From assembly GCA_905178155.1 (NCBI GenBank), contig CAJINV010000012.1, forward strand, positions 1,926,492 to 1,990,491: a stretch of DNA of 64,000 bases, read 5' to 3'. The notes beneath the pieces were generated by a model that was not told where the DNA came from, ran no database searches, and saw only the letters and a program-made list of their open reading frames with translations. The position numbers and the translations under genes are program-made. Positions 61,701-64,000 of this stretch are shown one piece after another. The stretch comes from Amoebophrya sp. A120. Lineage: Eukaryota; Protista; Dinoflagellata. Position 1 is the first letter of the stretch. Every line of letters begins with the position of its first letter.

Positions 61701-64000
61701 TTTGTGATGCAGGTTTTGCATGACCCAGAGTGTCTGGCATGCAGGACCAGCATCACAGGTTCTTCGAGAGCTTCACGATGCCTACTCTGCATGAGAAATC
61801 CGCTCTCACCATGCCCAAACATACACAACTTTTGCTCTTTGTGCAAGACAGATTTTTGTGTGATCTGAAATGCGCATCACAAGTTGCAACCTTCCAGACC
61901 CAGACATATTTGCAATGCACACTGCTCTAAAACTTCCAATGTCGCCGTTCTCGCTGCGGAAGCGTTTTCCATTTCTTGTTTCTGCGTCTTGAACTCCACT
62001 ACCTGCAGCTCCGCGTCGGTCAACTTCCTGGAAGAAAGTTCCGCTTTCTCCTTTGCCTCTTCGTATTTCTGCGATAATAAATCGGACTTTCGCATCAACT
62101 CCTGTATTCGATCCTCCGCCGCTTCTTGATCTTGAGACACGGAAGTTTTGAGGTGCTGGTACTCGGTATTTAATTCGGTGAATTTTCCCTCCAGCGCTTG
62201 TTTCTTCTGCGTCAGCTCCGCAATCTCCTGCTCTGCCTCGTGTCTCTTCTGTGTCGCGTCTTGCTCGGCAGATGCGAGCTTCTGCTGCGAAGCAGTAACT
62301 TCTTTCTCGGCGGTCTGCAGCTTGTCCTCGAGAGACTTGGCTTTTTCGGCAACCACAGTGTGATCGCGTTCGAGGGCTTCCTTTGTTTGTGAGGATGAAA
62401 TTTGATGTCTTCTTCACTTGCAGTTTTTCCGAAGATTCAAGCAGAAAATCGATGGTGCTCCTGGTTGTGCAGATCAAATCGCAAAAATGTCATGCGGATA
62501 AAAAACTACGAGTACTACGAACAGCTGGTTCAAATTTTATCTTGAATGGAAATGGATCTTCTAGAACTGTGAAACTAATACCCTCCGGTCCACCTCTTCC
62601 CGCCTTCTACTCTCCGCTTCCAGCACCTCCTGGTCCTTCGCCCCAAGTTTCGCATCCACACTCTCTTTCTCTTCCCTGAGCTGTTGGTTTTCCAGCCTGA
62701 TTGCGTTCAAGTTCTTTTCATACGACCCTTCGAGTTCTTTCTGCTTGTCCTTCTCGAACCCCACCTTTTTCCGCAGCTCCTCCCGCTCCTGCTTCACTTG
62801 TTTCAGCTCAACGCTATGCATTGCAAAAATGTCTGGGTCTGAAAAGTTCGAACCTGTAATGCGTGTGTCGCATGTCTGAAAAATTTGTATTGCATAAGCA
62901 GCAACTCAAGCGCCACACTTTCGTCATGCAAAAGCGCAGTTTGTAATGCCAATGCGTTCTGCGCATGACAAAGCGTTTGAAAAATTTGTCATGCTGCGCT
63001 GCACTTAAAAGCACAGTCAATCGTAACCATTCAGCATCACAAGTTTCCAGACCCAGACTTTTTTGCAATGCATAAACGCTGTTGTCGTCCAATTCGTCCA
63101 GCCTTTTCTTCACTTTCTCCAACTCAATCTCCCGCATCCGCAGCTGGTTCACCGTGTCCGCCAAGTCCGTCGAGGTTTCGCTGTGTTCCGCCCGTAATTT
63201 CTCCAACTGCTCTTCTGCGTCTTTCTGTGCGGTCAAGTGCACCGTGAGCCTTGTATTCAGCGTTTCTTTCTCGCTTTGCATCTGTTTCCGTTCCTCCACC
63301 AGCTGCTTGATTTCCTCTTGCAAGACGTCGACTTGCTGCAGCGATTGGCTTTGCCGCGATTTCGCATGGGAAATTTCGTCATCCCTCTCCGCGTTGGCGA
63401 GCTTCGTGCGCTCAATTTCATCCTCGAAAGCCTGCTTCTCGCCCTGACAATGTTGACACGTGTTTGTGATGCAGATGCTGACAACTCATCACACACATCT
63501 GGTACTAGTAACACACAAGAACATGATGTGCGACGCGACATTTACGCGGCAAAAAGAGTACAACAAGACGTCCTACAGTACAACGTACGTACCTTCAACC
63601 TCGTGATCGCCCCTTCCAACTCCGATATCTTTGCCAGCTGCGCATCCAGTTTGTCTTCCAGGTTTTTCAGTTTCAAATCTTTCGAGGCGACCGTATCTCG
63701 GAGCTTGGCGACTTCGCGGTTGCGCTTGATGAGCTCGCCCTCGAGCTCTTCCAGGTTCCCCAAAGCAGCGGAGGAGGAAGACATGCTGTGATGTTTCAAT
63801 CAGACGAGGCGGCGTTGCGAAAACAGGATGTCGTAGCTCTTGCCCCAGCCAGCGCTGAATCTGAGATTTGTACGGGTACACAACGCGATGTACCCGGTAC
63901 CAGCGGCCTTGATGTTCTTGCCTGGGAGATGCAGCTAGTCCCGCTTGTTGTCCATCTGGGCTTGCTTGCGTGATGCTGATGCTACCTGGAGCTGTGGCGG
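55785..64000 (-). CDS. Giant coiled-coil protein with low-complexity C-terminus; 5' end probably outside the window
   Basis: E/K/L/Q-rich heptad ORFs (58959-61427, 58019-58825, 61877-62356, 62814-63323 and others) separated by 7 introners and apparent canonical introns. Confidence 0.8.
56824..56984. mobile_element. Introner, family B
   Basis: TAT...ATA, TSD AATCC/AATGC. Confidence 0.85.
57063..57211. mobile_element. Introner, family B
   Basis: TAT...ATA, TSD CTGCT/TTGCT. Confidence 0.88.
57922..58081. mobile_element. Introner, family B
   Basis: TAT...ATA, TSD GGTCT/GTTCT. Confidence 0.88.
58911..59059. mobile_element. Introner, family B
   Basis: TAT...ATA, TSD TTCTC. Confidence 0.9.
61431..61619. 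mobile_element. Introner, family F-like
   Basis: TAT...ATA, TSD ACTTT/ACTTC. Confidence 0.85.
61660..61921. mobile_element. Introner, family A
   Basis: TAT...ACA, TSD CTGCT. Confidence 0.88.
62815..63074. mobile_element. Introner, family A
   Basis: TAT...ATA, TSD AACGC. Confidence 0.9.

Noticed and set aside
1108-63074. Genes are pseudogenes killed by MITE insertions
   Set aside because: Exons between elements generally stay open and keep catalytic or structural motifs across many insertions of different ages, which implies the elements are removed.
1-64000. tRNA, rRNA or dinoflagellate spliced-leader relics
   Set aside because: None recognised by eye; a tRNAscan-SE/Infernal/SL search would be needed to exclude them.

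Overview
Eukaryotic genomic DNA. Its architecture matches what is described for the parasitic dinoflagellate Amoebophrya (Syndiniales); that assignment is inferred from structure, not from a database hit. All recognisable cellular genes lie on the minus strand: a large EF-hand-like hypothetical protein, an EF-hand/TMEM151-like membrane protein, a RING-B-box-coiled-coil protein, an RBR E3 ligase, an N-acylated hypothetical protein, a Kir potassium channel, an ATP-grasp protein, a histidine phosphatase, a ZIP metal transporter and a giant coiled-coil protein. The dominant feature is about 60 short elements (mostly 130-330 bp, up to about 770 bp) from at least 12 sequence families that interrupt coding exons. 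They share TAT...ATA ends (a few TGT/ACA or other variants), terminal inverted repeats, a 5-bp target-site duplication (TSD) of arbitrary sequence, and many copies of an internal GCAT(G/C/T)ACAAA motif. At nearly all junctions checked by hand (exception 11471-11746), removing the element plus one TSD copy restores the reading frame and rebuilds split domains. Only about 3 of about 60 can be given GT-AG ends, and the same element occurs in both orientations. They therefore behave as transposon-derived, orientation-independent, non-canonical introns (introners). A 767-bp element with the same ends and a decayed ORF is nested inside one of them. Decayed GC-rich retroelement-like inserts and some ordinary GT-AG introns are also present. 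Coordinates were read by eye and may be off by a few bases.
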